Positions 46,759 through 57,099 of a stretch of DNA of 64,000 bases are shown in pieces; position 1 is the stretch's first letter, and each line of letters opens with the position of its first letter. The position numbers and the translations under genes were made by a program. The stretch covers positions 11 through 64,010 of the forward strand of contig JAIXVU010000001.1 in the NCBI GenBank assembly GCA_027482685.1. Direction: 5' to 3'. Under the pieces are notes generated by a model that was not told where the DNA came from, did no database searches, and saw only the letters and a list, made by a program, of their open reading frames with translations. The DNA comes from a bacterium (lineage in GTDB: Bacteria; Patescibacteriota; Minisyncoccia; Phycocordibacterales; UBA5272).

Positions 46759-48660
46759 ATGGCAAAAATAATTGGAATTGATCTAGGAACAACAAACAGC
46801 GCGGTCGCAATTATCGAAGGAGGACAGCCAAAGATAATAGAAAATATTGAAGGTAATCGTACCACTCCTTCTGTTGTATCTGTAAACAAAAATGGTGAAA
46901 GATCTGTTGGGCAGATTGCAAAGCGTCAAGCGGTAACCAACCCAGAGAATACTGTATACGGAGTTAAGCGATTCATGGGACATTCATTTACTGATAAGGA
47001 AGTACAAGATGATATACCTCGTGTTGCATACAAGCTAAAGAAAAGTGATAACGGAGGTGTGCTTATCACTCTTGGCGGTAAAGATAGTCGTCCAGAAGAA
47101 ATAAGTGCGATGATACTACAGAAAATTAAGGCAGATGTTGAAGCGAAGCTTGGGGAAACAGTAACTGAAGCTATCATCACAGTACCTGCATACTTTAATG
47201 ATGTACAACGTCAGGCGACGATTGATGCTGGTAAGATTGCGGGACTTGATGTGAAGCGTATTATTCCAGAACCAACAGCAGCAGCACTTGCGTACGGTTT
47301 TAACAGTACGAAGAATGAAAAGATTGCAGTGTATGATTTTGGAGGGGGAACATTTGATATCTCAATTCTTGAAGTAGGTGATGGTGTGGTTGAAGTAAAG
47401 TCTGTAGACGGAGACTCACACCTAGGAGGACGTGATATCGATCAGAAGTTCGTACAGTATATTGCAGAAGAGTTTAAGAAAGATCAAGGTATTGATGTTA
47501 GCAAGGATCCGCTTGCACTACAGCGACTCGATGAAGCTGCGGAAAAAGCAAAGCATGAGCTCTCCACTCAGATTGAGACAGAGATTAACTTACCATTTAT
47601 CACTTCAGGGGCTGATGGACCTAAGCACTTAGTGATGAAAGTAACACGTGCAAAGCTTGAAGAAATTTCAAAAGAGTTCATCGATAGATCTATTGAGATA
47701 ACCAAGCGTGCTCTTGTTAATTCACCATTTAAGAAAGAGGAAATACAAGAGATAATTATGGTTGGAGGACAGACGAGAATGCCAGCTATTGTTGAAGCGG
47801 TAAAAGAGCTTTTCGGTAAAGAGCCTAACCGCTCTATTAACCCAGATGAAGTGGTGGCGCTCGGCGCTGCAGTACAAGCTGGAGTACTACAAGGGGATGT
47901 GAAGGATGTATTACTTCTTGATGTTATTCCGCTATCTCTTGGTATTGAGACCATGGGAGGAGTAGCTACAAAGTTAGTAGAGAAAAACACCACCATTCCA
48001 ACATCTAAGTCTCAAGTATTCTCAACCGCAGCTGATAACCAGACATCAGTTGAGATACATATCACTCAAGGTGAGCGTCCAATGGCGACTGACAATAAGT
48101 CACTGGGCAGATTTATCCTAGATGGTATCCCACCAGCACCACGAGGTATGCCTCAGGTTGAAGTTACATTTGATGTCGATGCTAACGGTATCCTTAATGT
48201 AAAAGCAAAAGATAAAACCTCAGGGAAGGAACAGTCTATTCGCATAGAAGCATCTTCTGGATTATCTGATGAGGATATCAAGCGTATGCAAGCAGATGCA
48301 GAAGCTCACGCAGAAGAAGATAAGAAGAAGCAAGAACTTGCAGAAGTTAAAAACATTGCTGACACTATGGTACATACTGCAGAAAAAGCTCTGAAGGATG
48401 CAGAAGGAAAAATTAGTGATGATATCAAGAAAGAAGTTACAGATGCAATTGTTGAGGTTAAAAAAGCACGTGACGGCTCTGATAAGGATGCAATTACAAA
48501 AGTAAGCGATGCGTTATCTGCCGCAATGATGAAGATAGGTGAGGCCATGAAGAGTGCAAATGATGCAACTGCAAAACCAGAAGAACAACAAGCAGGAACT
48601 GATACAAAAACATCACCTGACACGACTCCAGAGGAACCGAAAACAACCCCACAAGCATAA
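46759..48660 (+). CDS. dnaK: Chaperone DnaK
   Basis: [34 protein letters not shown]. Confidence 0.99.
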   Translation: MAKIIGIDLGTTNSAVAIIEGGQPKIIENIEGNRTTPSVVSVNKNGERSVGQIAKRQAVTNPENTVYGVKRFMGHSFTDKEVQDDIPRVAYKLKKSDNGGVLITLGGKDSRPEEISAMILQKIKADVEAKLGETVTEAIITVPAYFNDVQRQATIDAGKIAGLDVKRIIPEPTAAALAYGFNSTKNEKIAVYDFGGGTFDISILEVGDGVVEVKSVDGDSHLGGRDIDQKFVQYIAEEFKKDQGIDVSKDPLALQRLDEAAEKAKHELSTQIETEINLPFITSGADGPKHLVMKVTRAKLEEISKEFIDRSIEITKRALVNSPFKKEEIQEIIMVGGQTRMPAIVEAVKELFGKEPNRSINPDEVVALGAAVQAGVLQGDVKDVLLLDVIPLSLGIETMGGVATKLVEKNTTIPTSKSQVFSTAADNQTSVEIHITQGERPMATDNKSLGRFILDGIPPAPRGMPQVEVTFDVDANGILNVKAKDKTSGKEQSIRIEASSGLSDEDIKRMQADAEAHAEEDKKKQELAEVKNIADTMVHTAEKALKDAEGKISDDIKKEVTDAIVEVKKARDGSDKDAITKVSDALSAAMMKIGEAMKSANDATAKPEEQQAGTDTKTSPDTTPEEPKTTPQA

Positions 48661-48689
48661 GGATTAGCTTTGTGTTAGAATAACTTCAT

Positions 48690-49775
48690 ATGGCAACAAA
48701 AGATTACTATAACGTTTTAGGAATTGATAAAGGTGCTTCAAAAGACGATATCAAAAAAGCGTTCTATAAACTTGCTGCAAAATACCATCCTGATAAAAAA
48801 GGAGGGGATGAGGCAAAGTTCAAAGAAATAAACGAAGCCTATCAAGTTCTCTCAGATGAGAAAAAGCGAAAAGAATACGACACCTACGGTCAGACGTTTA
48901 ATGGAGCAGGGCCTACAGGAGGATCTGGCTTCGGCGGATTCGGAGGATTCAATCAATCAGACTTTGCTGATATGCAGTTTGATTTCGGGGATCTTGGAGA
49001 TATGTTTGGAGATATGTTTGGATTTGGAGGTGGGCAGTCACGCCAGAAACGTGGACGCGATATCTCGCTTGAGATTGATGTACCATTTACCGAAGCAGTT
49101 TTTGGAACGGAACGTAACGTACTGCTTTCAAAAGTAAACACCTGTAAGACATGTACCGGTACAGGGGCAAAGACAGGTAGTAAGATGATTACCTGTACAA
49201 CATGTAATGGTCAAGGCAAGGTGCATGATGTGAAGAAAACGTTCATGGGTAACTTCCAGACTGTGCGTACCTGTGATGTTTGTCACGGTAAAGGCAAAGT
49301 CCCAGAAGAGCGTTGTAATGACTGTCGTGGAGCAGGGGTGGTGAATAGTCGCGAGGAGGTTAACATTACAATTCCAGCCGGAATTAATAATGGTGAAATG
49401 ATGCGTATGTCACAAATGGGTGAGGCGGTGTCAGGTGGTACAACAGGAGACCTTTATGTGAAAGTAAATGTTCAACCGCATAAACTTTGGAAACGTGAAG
49501 GTAATGACCTTGTATATACACATAACATTAAGCTTACTGATGCTCTTATCGGAGTAACTCATTCTATAGATGGACTAGATGGTAAGATAGATCTAGATAT
49601 TCCAGGTGGAGCATCCTCTGGTGAGATACTTCGTGTACGTGGTCGTGGTGTGCCGCATATTCATGAGAAGAATAAACGCGGTGATGTGCTTATCAAGCTC
49701 TCGATTGTTATGCCTAAGAAACTATCACGAAAAGCAATGCAGTATATAGAAGGGTTGAAGGAAGAGGGTCTCTAA
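48690..49775 (+). CDS. dnaJ: Chaperone DnaJ
   Basis: HPD J-domain, G/F region, four CxxCxGxG. Confidence 0.98.
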   Translation: MATKDYYNVLGIDKGASKDDIKKAFYKLAAKYHPDKKGGDEAKFKEINEAYQVLSDEKKRKEYDTYGQTFNGAGPTGGSGFGGFGGFNQSDFADMQFDFGDLGDMFGDMFGFGGGQSRQKRGRDISLEIDVPFTEAVFGTERNVLLSKVNTCKTCTGTGAKTGSKMITCTTCNGQGKVHDVKKTFMGNFQTVRTCDVCHGKGKVPEERCNDCRGAGVVNSREEVNITIPAGINNGEMMRMSQMGEAVSGGTTGDLYVKVNVQPHKLWKREGNDLVYTHNIKLTDALIGVTHSIDGLDGKIDLDIPGGASSGEILRVRGRGVPHIHEKNKRGDVLIKLSIVMPKKLSRKAMQYIEGLKEEGL

Positions 49776-49801
49776 TAATGCTCAGTAATTACGTAACCAA
49801 C

Positions 49802-49829
49802 AAAGGATACCAGTAAAGGTATCCTTTTT
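49802..49829 (+). terminator. Terminator after dnaJ
   Basis: AAAGGATACC-AGTAAA-GGTATCCTTT plus T tract. Confidence 0.75.
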
Positions 49830-49963
49830 GGCTTGTGGGACTCTATTTAAATGACTCTTGTTTGTAAGTAACTAGCCATACTTTACTTTTGTTCTGTCGT
49901 CTTATAGTATTAATTATAATATCGTTCTTTCGTTTCGGTATGTTGTTAATAAGGAGCACAAAG

Positions 49964-50626
49964 ATGGACGCATATTCTTCATCAGAACCTGCTATTCAAA
50001 AAATAATCACGCGACTACAGGCATTTGCAGAGTATAGAAATGAGGTATGTGGTAAGAGTCAGCGTCAGCTAACAGATCAACTCCTTCATTCTGTAATTGC
50101 AGTACAGAAGCGTAGCCCGATTTTCTTCGTATTTGAGCAACGACAAGATGGATGGTTCATCATTGTTGATATGGACAAGGAATTGCCTGTCACTAGTCGT
50201 TGTGTGCAGGGTCGCACATTGTATGAGTTTAGTGTTACGTTCCCTGCTCTTAAGTATCAGAATAAAAAGAGAACGTTCGAAGAACATTTACAAGAGCTAG
50301 AGGAGTTTGAAGACTCATGGCTCTCTCTGTATGAAGGGTGTTGCAGGAAGATTCGTAAGTACGAACGTTGCCTAAACAATCTTCGAGATATAAGTAGTGT
50401 CGATGTATCGGTGTTGCGACAGTTATCTTCTGATCTACGGTTAGAGATGTCTCGCAAAACCACCGAGATGCGTATCGCAAGACTGCATTTCCCGAAGAAA
50501 AAACTTCGAGCTGACATCGACCAATGTCGATTGCGCCTTCAGGTTGTCATGAGGGAGCTTGAAAAAAGGGGGCATGGCATCAGGTTACTCTCAGCCCCTC
50601 AAAAGCCGAAACAACACAAACCTTAA
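49964..50626 (+). CDS. Orphan protein with C-terminal coiled coil (cassette 12)
   Basis: TATAAT 49915, AAGGAG 49951, hairpin ~50640-50670. Confidence 0.75.
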   Translation: MDAYSSSEPAIQKIITRLQAFAEYRNEVCGKSQRQLTDQLLHSVIAVQKRSPIFFVFEQRQDGWFIIVDMDKELPVTSRCVQGRTLYEFSVTFPALKYQNKKRTFEEHLQELEEFEDSWLSLYEGCCRKIRKYERCLNNLRDISSVDVSVLRQLSSDLRLEMSRKTTEMRIARLHFPKKKLRADIDQCRLRLQVVMRELEKRGHGIRLLSAPQKPKQHKP

Positions 50627-50733
50627 AAGTATTACTTGACCCCCCGCTACAGTTGTAGCTGAGGGGTTTTCACTTTTAAGTATATTTTCTGTATACTTTA
50701 CATATTTACTAACGGTATATTATTTTCAATATC

Positions 50734-52143
50734 ATGATCGTAGCCATGGCTGTTGTTCTCTATGTTCTTGTGATGATACCAATAGGTCTCTATGCTAGTC
50801 GCAAGGTCAAAAATAGTGAGGATTATGTACTTGCGGGTAGGTCGCTTCCGATGTATATGGCTCTTGCGACTGTGTTTGCAACATGGTTTGGGAGTGAGTC
50901 TATCTTAGGAGCAAGTACTAAATTTGCAGAAGGAGGTTTCAGTAATGTACTTGAGGATCCGTTTGGGGCAGCATTATGTCTCATCATTGCTGGATTATTT
51001 TTTAATCGTAAGTTGTATAATTTCAGTTTTCTTACAATAGGAGATTACTTTAAGCATCGTTATAACACAATCATTGCTACGTTTCTTTCTCTTGCAATCA
51101 TCGTGAGTTATTTTGGTTGGGTGGGGGCACAATTTTTAGCACTTGGTCTCGTACTTTCTACTGTTATCCCAGGGCTATCACTTACATGGGCGATACTATT
51201 CTCTGCTGCACTTGTTCTTGTGTATACATTTTTCGGAGGAATGTACTCAGTGGCTATATTAGATACAATACAAACAGTTGTTATTATTACCGGATTGTCA
51301 GCAATTCTAGCATATGCACTAAACAAAGTCGGTGGTATAGATATTGTGCTTGCAAGTACACCGCCAGACTTTTTTAGAGTATTTCCTGAAAACAAAGACA
51401 GTCTCACATCATGGATTATTTTTGCAACAGCTATTATGACATTTGCTTTTGGTAGTATTCCACAGCAAGATGTCTACCAGCGCGCAATGAGTGCAAAGAA
51501 TGTATCTGTATCTGTGTGGGCGTCTGTATGGGCAGGGGTATTTTATTTTATTATTGTGATGATACCGATTGCAATAGCGCTTGTAGCACGCATGCTATAT
51601 CCTGATGTCTTAGCTAATGAGCCACAACAGCTCATACTCACTCTCGTTGAAGATCATATGCCTGTTGCACTACAGATACTATTTTTTGGTGCACTTGTCT
51701 CAGCTATCATCTCTACTGCTTCTGGTGCATTACTTGCTCCTGGAACATTACTTGCAGAGAACATTGTAAAGCCTTTCTTTACCGGAATGTCAGATAAGTT
51801 GAGGCTCCATCTTATACGTATGGCTATTATTATTGTTACTCTTGGGGGAGTGTTTATGGCGCTTTCACCTGACGCGCGTATCTACGAACTTGTAACAAGT
51901 GCGTACTCGGTAACACTTGTTGCTGCGTTCATCCCTCTAGCTGTTGGGCTTTATAGTACGCGTGCAAATAGCTTCGGTGCACTACTTGCTATTATTTTTG
52001 GTATTACAGTATGGCAGGGGATAGATTCAGTGATTGTTTCTGAGATACCGGCTGTATTTTCTGGGTTTGTTGCAAGTATTGTTGGTATGATTGTGGGGTC
52101 ATTTATTGGTAACTTTGTGAAGAAGGAAGAAAAGATGATGTAG
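50734..52143 (+). CDS. Sodium:solute symporter family transporter
   Basis: DYVLAGRSL, YTFFGGMYSVAILDTIQ, QDVYQRAMSAK, SAIISTASG. Confidence 0.92.
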   Translation: MIVAMAVVLYVLVMIPIGLYASRKVKNSEDYVLAGRSLPMYMALATVFATWFGSESILGASTKFAEGGFSNVLEDPFGAALCLIIAGLFFNRKLYNFSFLTIGDYFKHRYNTIIATFLSLAIIVSYFGWVGAQFLALGLVLSTVIPGLSLTWAILFSAALVLVYTFFGGMYSVAILDTIQTVVIITGLSAILAYALNKVGGIDIVLASTPPDFFRVFPENKDSLTSWIIFATAIMTFAFGSIPQQDVYQRAMSAKNVSVSVWASVWAGVFYFIIVMIPIAIALVARMLYPDVLANEPQQLILTLVEDHMPVALQILFFGALVSAIISTASGALLAPGTLLAENIVKPFFTGMSDKLRLHLIRMAIIIVTLGGVFMALSPDARIYELVTSAYSVTLVAAFIPLAVGLYSTRANSFGALLAIIFGITVWQGIDSVIVSEIPAVFSGFVASIVGMIVGSFIGNFVKKEEKMM

Positions 52144-52228
52144 ATTTGTAAGCTAGACACTAACTATAAAAAGTGTTAGTGTGAAAGTGAATTTGTTCGT
52201 TCATCAATCTTCATTACGGAGCATCAAA

Positions 52229-52684
52229 ATGTTTCAGAATGTTACAAAAAACAAGCTAGAGCTTGGAAGTCTAGTTCTTGCCTTGCTGGGTGTAGTCATA
52301 TACGGTGGATGTATCAGTTTTGAATTTCAGGTTGGGTTTTTTGCTCCAGAAGGAAAGCCAAAAGAAGGTGCCAGCTATCTCTTTGTTTTTTTGTGTTCAG
52401 TTAGTTATTTTGTGCTATTCCTATTATGTCAGATGCAAGCAGGCATAGTTCTCCACTCACTGTTTGATGACAATGCCGAAACATTTAAGGGAAAAGTACT
52501 GGGAGTGGCCATTGTTTCCTTAGTAGCTATGTATATGCTATTTCAACTAAATCCACTACTAATCATTTCATACATGCTTTTGTTTATGGGTTCGTTTGGG
52601 GTTATGCTTAGTGAATTTCATAAAAACAAAAAACTTCGTCTATGCGATGATCCTCCTGAAGAAGAAAAGACAGAATCTACCTAG
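52229..52684 (+). CDS. Orphan four-TM protein (cassette 13)
   Basis: TAGACA(52154)-17-TAGTGT, GGAG 52218, terminator AAAGCCCCTC-AGCGAT-GAGGGGCTTT ~52702-52727. Confidence 0.75.
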   Translation: MFQNVTKNKLELGSLVLALLGVVIYGGCISFEFQVGFFAPEGKPKEGASYLFVFLCSVSYFVLFLLCQMQAGIVLHSLFDDNAETFKGKVLGVAIVSLVAMYMLFQLNPLLIISYMLLFMGSFGVMLSEFHKNKKLRLCDDPPEEEKTEST

Positions 52685-52772
52685 CCTCACAGTTTCGTAC
52701 CAAAGCCCCTCAGCGATGAGGGGCTTTTGTTTTGTCTATGATTAGTTTACATAATTTGATAGAATAGAATAC

Positions 52773-53750
52773 ATGAAAAAAGTTCTTGTCTCAGGAGTTC
52801 AATCAAGTGGCAGGTTGCATATCGGTAACTATTTCGGAGCGATTAAGCAAAATGTAGAACTTGGCAATAGTGGAGAGTATGATAGTTATATCTTCATTGC
52901 GGACTACCATTCAATGACAACACTTACAGATGCCAAGGAACGTATAGAGAATACATTTGATGCAGCATGTACCTACCTTGCGTGCGGACTTGACCCATCT
53001 AAAGTTGCACTTTTCAAGCAGTCAGATGTACCATCTCATACCGAACTTACATGGATACTCTCAACCGTAACCCCGATGCCGATGCTGATGCTTGCACATG
53101 CGTTTAAGGATAACGAAGCAAAGAACAAAGATATCAATGCAGGACTCTTTACATACCCGGTGCTTATGGCATCAGATATTCTCATGTACAACGCACATGT
53201 TGTGCCAGTTGGTAAGGATCAAGAGCAACATATAGAGATAGCCCGTGAGATAGCAGGGAAGTTCAATCGTGCGTATGAGGAAGTCTTCACTATGCCACAT
53301 GCATACATCGTGAAAGATGTAGCAACTATTCCAGGAATAGACGGTACGAAGATGAGCAAGAGTAAAGGTAACACTATTTCATTATTTGGAACTGACGAAG
53401 AGATTAAGAAACAAGTAATGAGTATTGTGACTGATAGTGCACGCCCTGAGGATAAGAAAAACCCTGATGAGTCTGCGGTGTATCAAATACATAAACTATT
53501 CTTAACAAAAGAACAAGATGCCGTATTACGAAAAAAGTTTGAAGACGGTGGGTATGGATACAAAGAAGCAAAAGAACATTGCGCAGAAGCAATTATTGCA
53601 TTCGTCTCCCCGATGCGTGAGAAGTATAACTACTACCGCTCACATCCAGATGAGGTGTACGCTGTTCTAAACGCAGGTGCTCAACAAGCAGAATCCCGTG
53701 CCAAAGAAATGATGAATCGTGTACGTCACGTAACTGGGTTAGTCAGCTAG
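52773..53750 (+). CDS. trpS: Tryptophanyl-tRNA synthetase
   Basis: HIGNY, YPVLMASDIL, VPVGKDQ, KMSKS. Confidence 0.97.
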   Translation: MKKVLVSGVQSSGRLHIGNYFGAIKQNVELGNSGEYDSYIFIADYHSMTTLTDAKERIENTFDAACTYLACGLDPSKVALFKQSDVPSHTELTWILSTVTPMPMLMLAHAFKDNEAKNKDINAGLFTYPVLMASDILMYNAHVVPVGKDQEQHIEIAREIAGKFNRAYEEVFTMPHAYIVKDVATIPGIDGTKMSKSKGNTISLFGTDEEIKKQVMSIVTDSARPEDKKNPDESAVYQIHKLFLTKEQDAVLRKKFEDGGYGYKEAKEHCAEAIIAFVSPMREKYNYYRSHPDEVYAVLNAGAQQAESRAKEMMNRVRHVTGLVS

Positions 53751-53807
53751 TGCTATACCTACAAAAGAAAAAGAGAGTGGCTCTAGGCACACTCTCCCTG
53801 AGTGACG

Positions 53808-54284
53808 TTATCGTCTTATTGGATGCAGTAGATACCCAAACACCACGTCTCCCCAGTGGGCAAGATTATGCGGTGGTACGACGGCATTTGGTCGTGTGTC
53901 TATACCGCGCTTACGTAACTGAAAGCACAAATCCCTTTCTGGAGTACCTGTCATTAGAATTACTGGGACAGACATGTTATCGCAGGTAGAGAAAAGAGCA
54001 TCAAGCTCTCCCCAGATTTCTGAGGCATCATTTCTGCTGTCCCATGTCGTATCTCGTATAGAAATTGCAAACACTGGAATTTTTTCAAGCAGTCTATATA
54101 CCCTAGTTACGGCCGACGCTCCATGTACTTGTATTATTTCTTGACGAATCCTCGCGCGATTCTCTATGTGAGTAGATAATTGCCGAAGCCGATCTTCATC
54201 CGGTTCTACAATGATAAGGTTCCATGCTGTTTGAATAGTCGCAGGCATAGCGCCCTCCCGTATCAAAAACTTTGCAGAATTCAT
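53808..54284 (-). CDS. Orphan protein with degenerate receiver-like pattern (cassette 14)
   Basis: LIIVEPDE...VPVILMTG; SD AAGGA (alternative start 54248 after GGGAGG). Confidence 0.7.
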   Translation of the reverse strand: MNSAKFLIREGAMPATIQTAWNLIIVEPDEDRLRQLSTHIENRARIRQEIIQVHGASAVTRVYRLLEKIPVFAISIRDTTWDSRNDASEIWGELDALFSTCDNMSVPVILMTGTPERDLCFQLRKRGIDTRPNAVVPPHNLAHWGDVVFGYLLHPIRR

Positions 54285-54358
54285 GATGGTTTCCTTGTAT
54301 GCGTAACCAGGTCATGATTCTATCAAAAATAAAAGTATTTTGCTATAATAAACGAACT

Positions 54359-55765
54359 ATGCGTACGTATATCAAAGATGTTTCAGCACATGTTGGAGAA
54401 GAAGTTACAGTAAAGTCGTGGGTGGATGTTCGTCGTGATCAAGGAAAAATGGTATTTCTCGATCTTCGTGATGTGTCTGGCAAAGTACAGGCAGTGGTAT
54501 TACCTAACCACACCGAGGCGCTTGAGGTTGCACAAAGACTCCGTACAGAATGGGTGGTTGAGGTAAGAGGTCTTGTGAATAAACGCCCAGAAAAAAATAT
54601 AAAAGCAGGTGTAGTAAACGGAGATGTAGAACTTGAAGTTCTTTCTATCGTTGTGCTAAATGAAGCAACTACGCCAAGCTTTGATCTCTCAACAGATGGC
54701 AAAGAGATAGGAGAGGAGGTACGACTTGAACACAAATATCTTGATCAGCGTCGTGCTCGTATACAGCATAATATCCGTACACGTCATAACGTTATCAAGT
54801 ATATTCGTAATTATTTAGATAAAGAGAACTTTATAGAAGTAGATACACCTCTCCTTACTAACCCAACACCCGAAGGGTCACGCTCATACCTTGTACCATC
54901 TCGTATTTATCCAGGAAGTTTCTATGCGCTACCACAATCACCTCAACAGTTCAAGCAGTTGCTCATGGTGGGAGGATTTGAGAGATACTTTCAGATTGCA
55001 AAATGTATGCGTGATGAAGATACGCGAGGGGATAGACAACCGGAGTTTACACAGATGGACCTTGAGATGAGTTTTGTTACAGAAGAGGATGTGATGAAGG
55101 TAAACGAAGGCTTACTCATCAAGCTCGTAACTGATCTTTTCCCAGAGAAGAGGATTCAGTCTGTACCATTTCCGCGTATCACGTACAAAGATGCGATGGA
55201 AAAGTACGGTAATGATAGACCAGATATACGAGAAGATAAGAACGACCCTAACCTCCTTGCTTTTTGTTGGGTTGTTGATTTTCCTTCGTTTGAAAAGACA
55301 GGAGCTGATAATGTCGATGATACGGGAGAGTGGACATTCACACATAATCCGTTCACAGGCCCAAAGAAGGAGTATCTTAATGACATGATGGAGAAGAAAA
55401 ATATTGGAGATATAATTTCTTCACAGTATGATATAACTTTGAACGGGTATGAAATTGGTGGTGGGGGTATACGCCTGCATAAGCCAGAAGAACTAAAGAA
55501 AGCATTTGAGATCATGGGGTACAGTGATGATCGTATCGAGCTTAACTTCGGCCACATGTTACGCGCACTCGGTGCCGGTGCACCGCCTCACGGAGGTATA
55601 GCGTGGGGACTTGATCGTCTACTTATGATACTTCTTAACGAACCGAATATTCGCGAAGTAATAGCATTCCCAAAGACTGGGGAAGGTCGTGACCTATTGA
55701 TGCAAGCACCGAGCAAGCCTAATCCAAAGGCACTGAAAGAACTAAAGATACAAGTGAAGGAGTAA
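54359..55765 (+). CDS. aspS: Aspartyl-tRNA synthetase (short, no GAD insertion)
   Basis: YALPQSPQQFKQLLMVGG, RDED.RGDRQPEFTQ, GAPPHGG, FPK; start moved to 54359. Confidence 0.97.
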   Translation: MRTYIKDVSAHVGEEVTVKSWVDVRRDQGKMVFLDLRDVSGKVQAVVLPNHTEALEVAQRLRTEWVVEVRGLVNKRPEKNIKAGVVNGDVELEVLSIVVLNEATTPSFDLSTDGKEIGEEVRLEHKYLDQRRARIQHNIRTRHNVIKYIRNYLDKENFIEVDTPLLTNPTPEGSRSYLVPSRIYPGSFYALPQSPQQFKQLLMVGGFERYFQIAKCMRDEDTRGDRQPEFTQMDLEMSFVTEEDVMKVNEGLLIKLVTDLFPEKRIQSVPFPRITYKDAMEKYGNDRPDIREDKNDPNLLAFCWVVDFPSFEKTGADNVDDTGEWTFTHNPFTGPKKEYLNDMMEKKNIGDIISSQYDITLNGYEIGGGGIRLHKPEELKKAFEIMGYSDDRIELNFGHMLRALGAGAPPHGGIAWGLDRLLMILLNEPNIREVIAFPKTGEGRDLLMQAPSKPNPKALKELKIQVKE

Positions 55766-55817
55766 ATTAGGAAATTTTCTGCTTTTCTTTTCATCTATAC
55801 TTAGGTATAGTAGGTAT

Positions 55818-57068
55818 ATGAAAGTATCTCGTAAGACATGGTGTATACATAGTGTAGTTGTGGCTTTTTTTGTTATTGCTCCTATTTCGACCGTATTTGC
55901 AGTAACGACTAAGCCTACTTCATCAACTACTACAAAGAAATCCTCACCACAACATGTCTCTGCCAAGAAACAACAACCACAGTTACAATCTAGGGTACCT
56001 TTTGATGTTGCTATCTGGATACCGTATTGGAGAAAAGAAGAGGGGGCAAGTTCAACACTTCAACACTTAGATAAAGTTACTCAGATTAGCCCATTTGCAT
56101 ATGAACTACAACTTGATGGCAGTATAAAAGACGCACTTAAGGCAACCGAGGAACCGTGGACTACCCTCATTACCGAAGCAAGAAAAAAGAATGTAAAGAT
56201 CTATCCAAGTATTTTGTCATATCCAAAAAATCAAACAGAAAAGCAAGCTCAGCTCGACCTTCTCTCCAACAAAAAAAGACGCCAAGCTCATGTTAAAGAA
56301 ATAGTAGTCCTGGTGAAGGTAAACAAGTTTGATGGTATCGATATTGATTACGAAGCGAAACTTGCAGAAGCAAAGCCTCACTTTAGTGCATTTCTAACAG
56401 AATTAAGTGCTGCACTTAAAAAAGAAAAGAAACAGCTTATTTGTACAGTTGAACCACGCACACCACCGGATGCTCGGTATGCAACAACCTCAAAAGAAGT
56501 GTTGTCAAAAGTTGAGTATGCAAATGATTATAAGGTGATAGGAAAGGTATGTGATCAGGTACGTATTATGACCTATGATCAAATAGGGGATGATCTTCAA
56601 CTTGTCTATCAGAATAGAAATGCAGGTAATCTGTATCGACCTGTTGCTGACATTGAGTGGGTAGAAAAAGTCGCAACACTAGCACTTCGTGATATTCCCT
56701 CACGTAAGATTATCCTTGGAGTGGCAACATATGGATACAAGTATGAAATAGTACCTGCTAGTGCAACAACTTCTATTCGTTACCCTCGTATCGGCTCGAT
56801 GAATTTTTTTTATGCTGACGAACTAGCTCGTAACTTAGGTATCACTCCAACTCGTAACATTGCCGGTGAGCTTAGTTACGTATACAGTACTTCAACAGAT
56901 ATCTATGGTGGGTACGTAGGTGGAATGAAGCAGTATCTGATATGGTATTCAGATTCTGTAGCTATAGCTCAGAAAGTCCGTCTTGCAAAATTGTATAAGC
57001 TAGGAGGTGTATCAGTGTTTAAGATAGATGGTGGGCATGACCCGAATGTGTGGAATGTGATTAAATAA
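55818..57068 (+). CDS. Secreted glycoside hydrolase family 18
   Basis: Signal peptide; FDGIDIDYE catalytic motif; IMTYD; LGGVSVF. Confidence 0.9.
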   Translation: MKVSRKTWCIHSVVVAFFVIAPISTVFAVTTKPTSSTTTKKSSPQHVSAKKQQPQLQSRVPFDVAIWIPYWRKEEGASSTLQHLDKVTQISPFAYELQLDGSIKDALKATEEPWTTLITEARKKNVKIYPSILSYPKNQTEKQAQLDLLSNKKRRQAHVKEIVVLVKVNKFDGIDIDYEAKLAEAKPHFSAFLTELSAALKKEKKQLICTVEPRTPPDARYATTSKEVLSKVEYANDYKVIGKVCDQVRIMTYDQIGDDLQLVYQNRNAGNLYRPVADIEWVEKVATLALRDIPSRKIILGVATYGYKYEIVPASATTSIRYPRIGSMNFFYADELARNLGITPTRNIAGELSYVYSTSTDIYGGYVGGMKQYLIWYSDSVAIAQKVRLAKLYKLGGVSVFKIDGGHDPNVWNVIK

Positions 57069-57099
57069 CGGCTCTTCTTGCATGGTACACTAGTATCAT

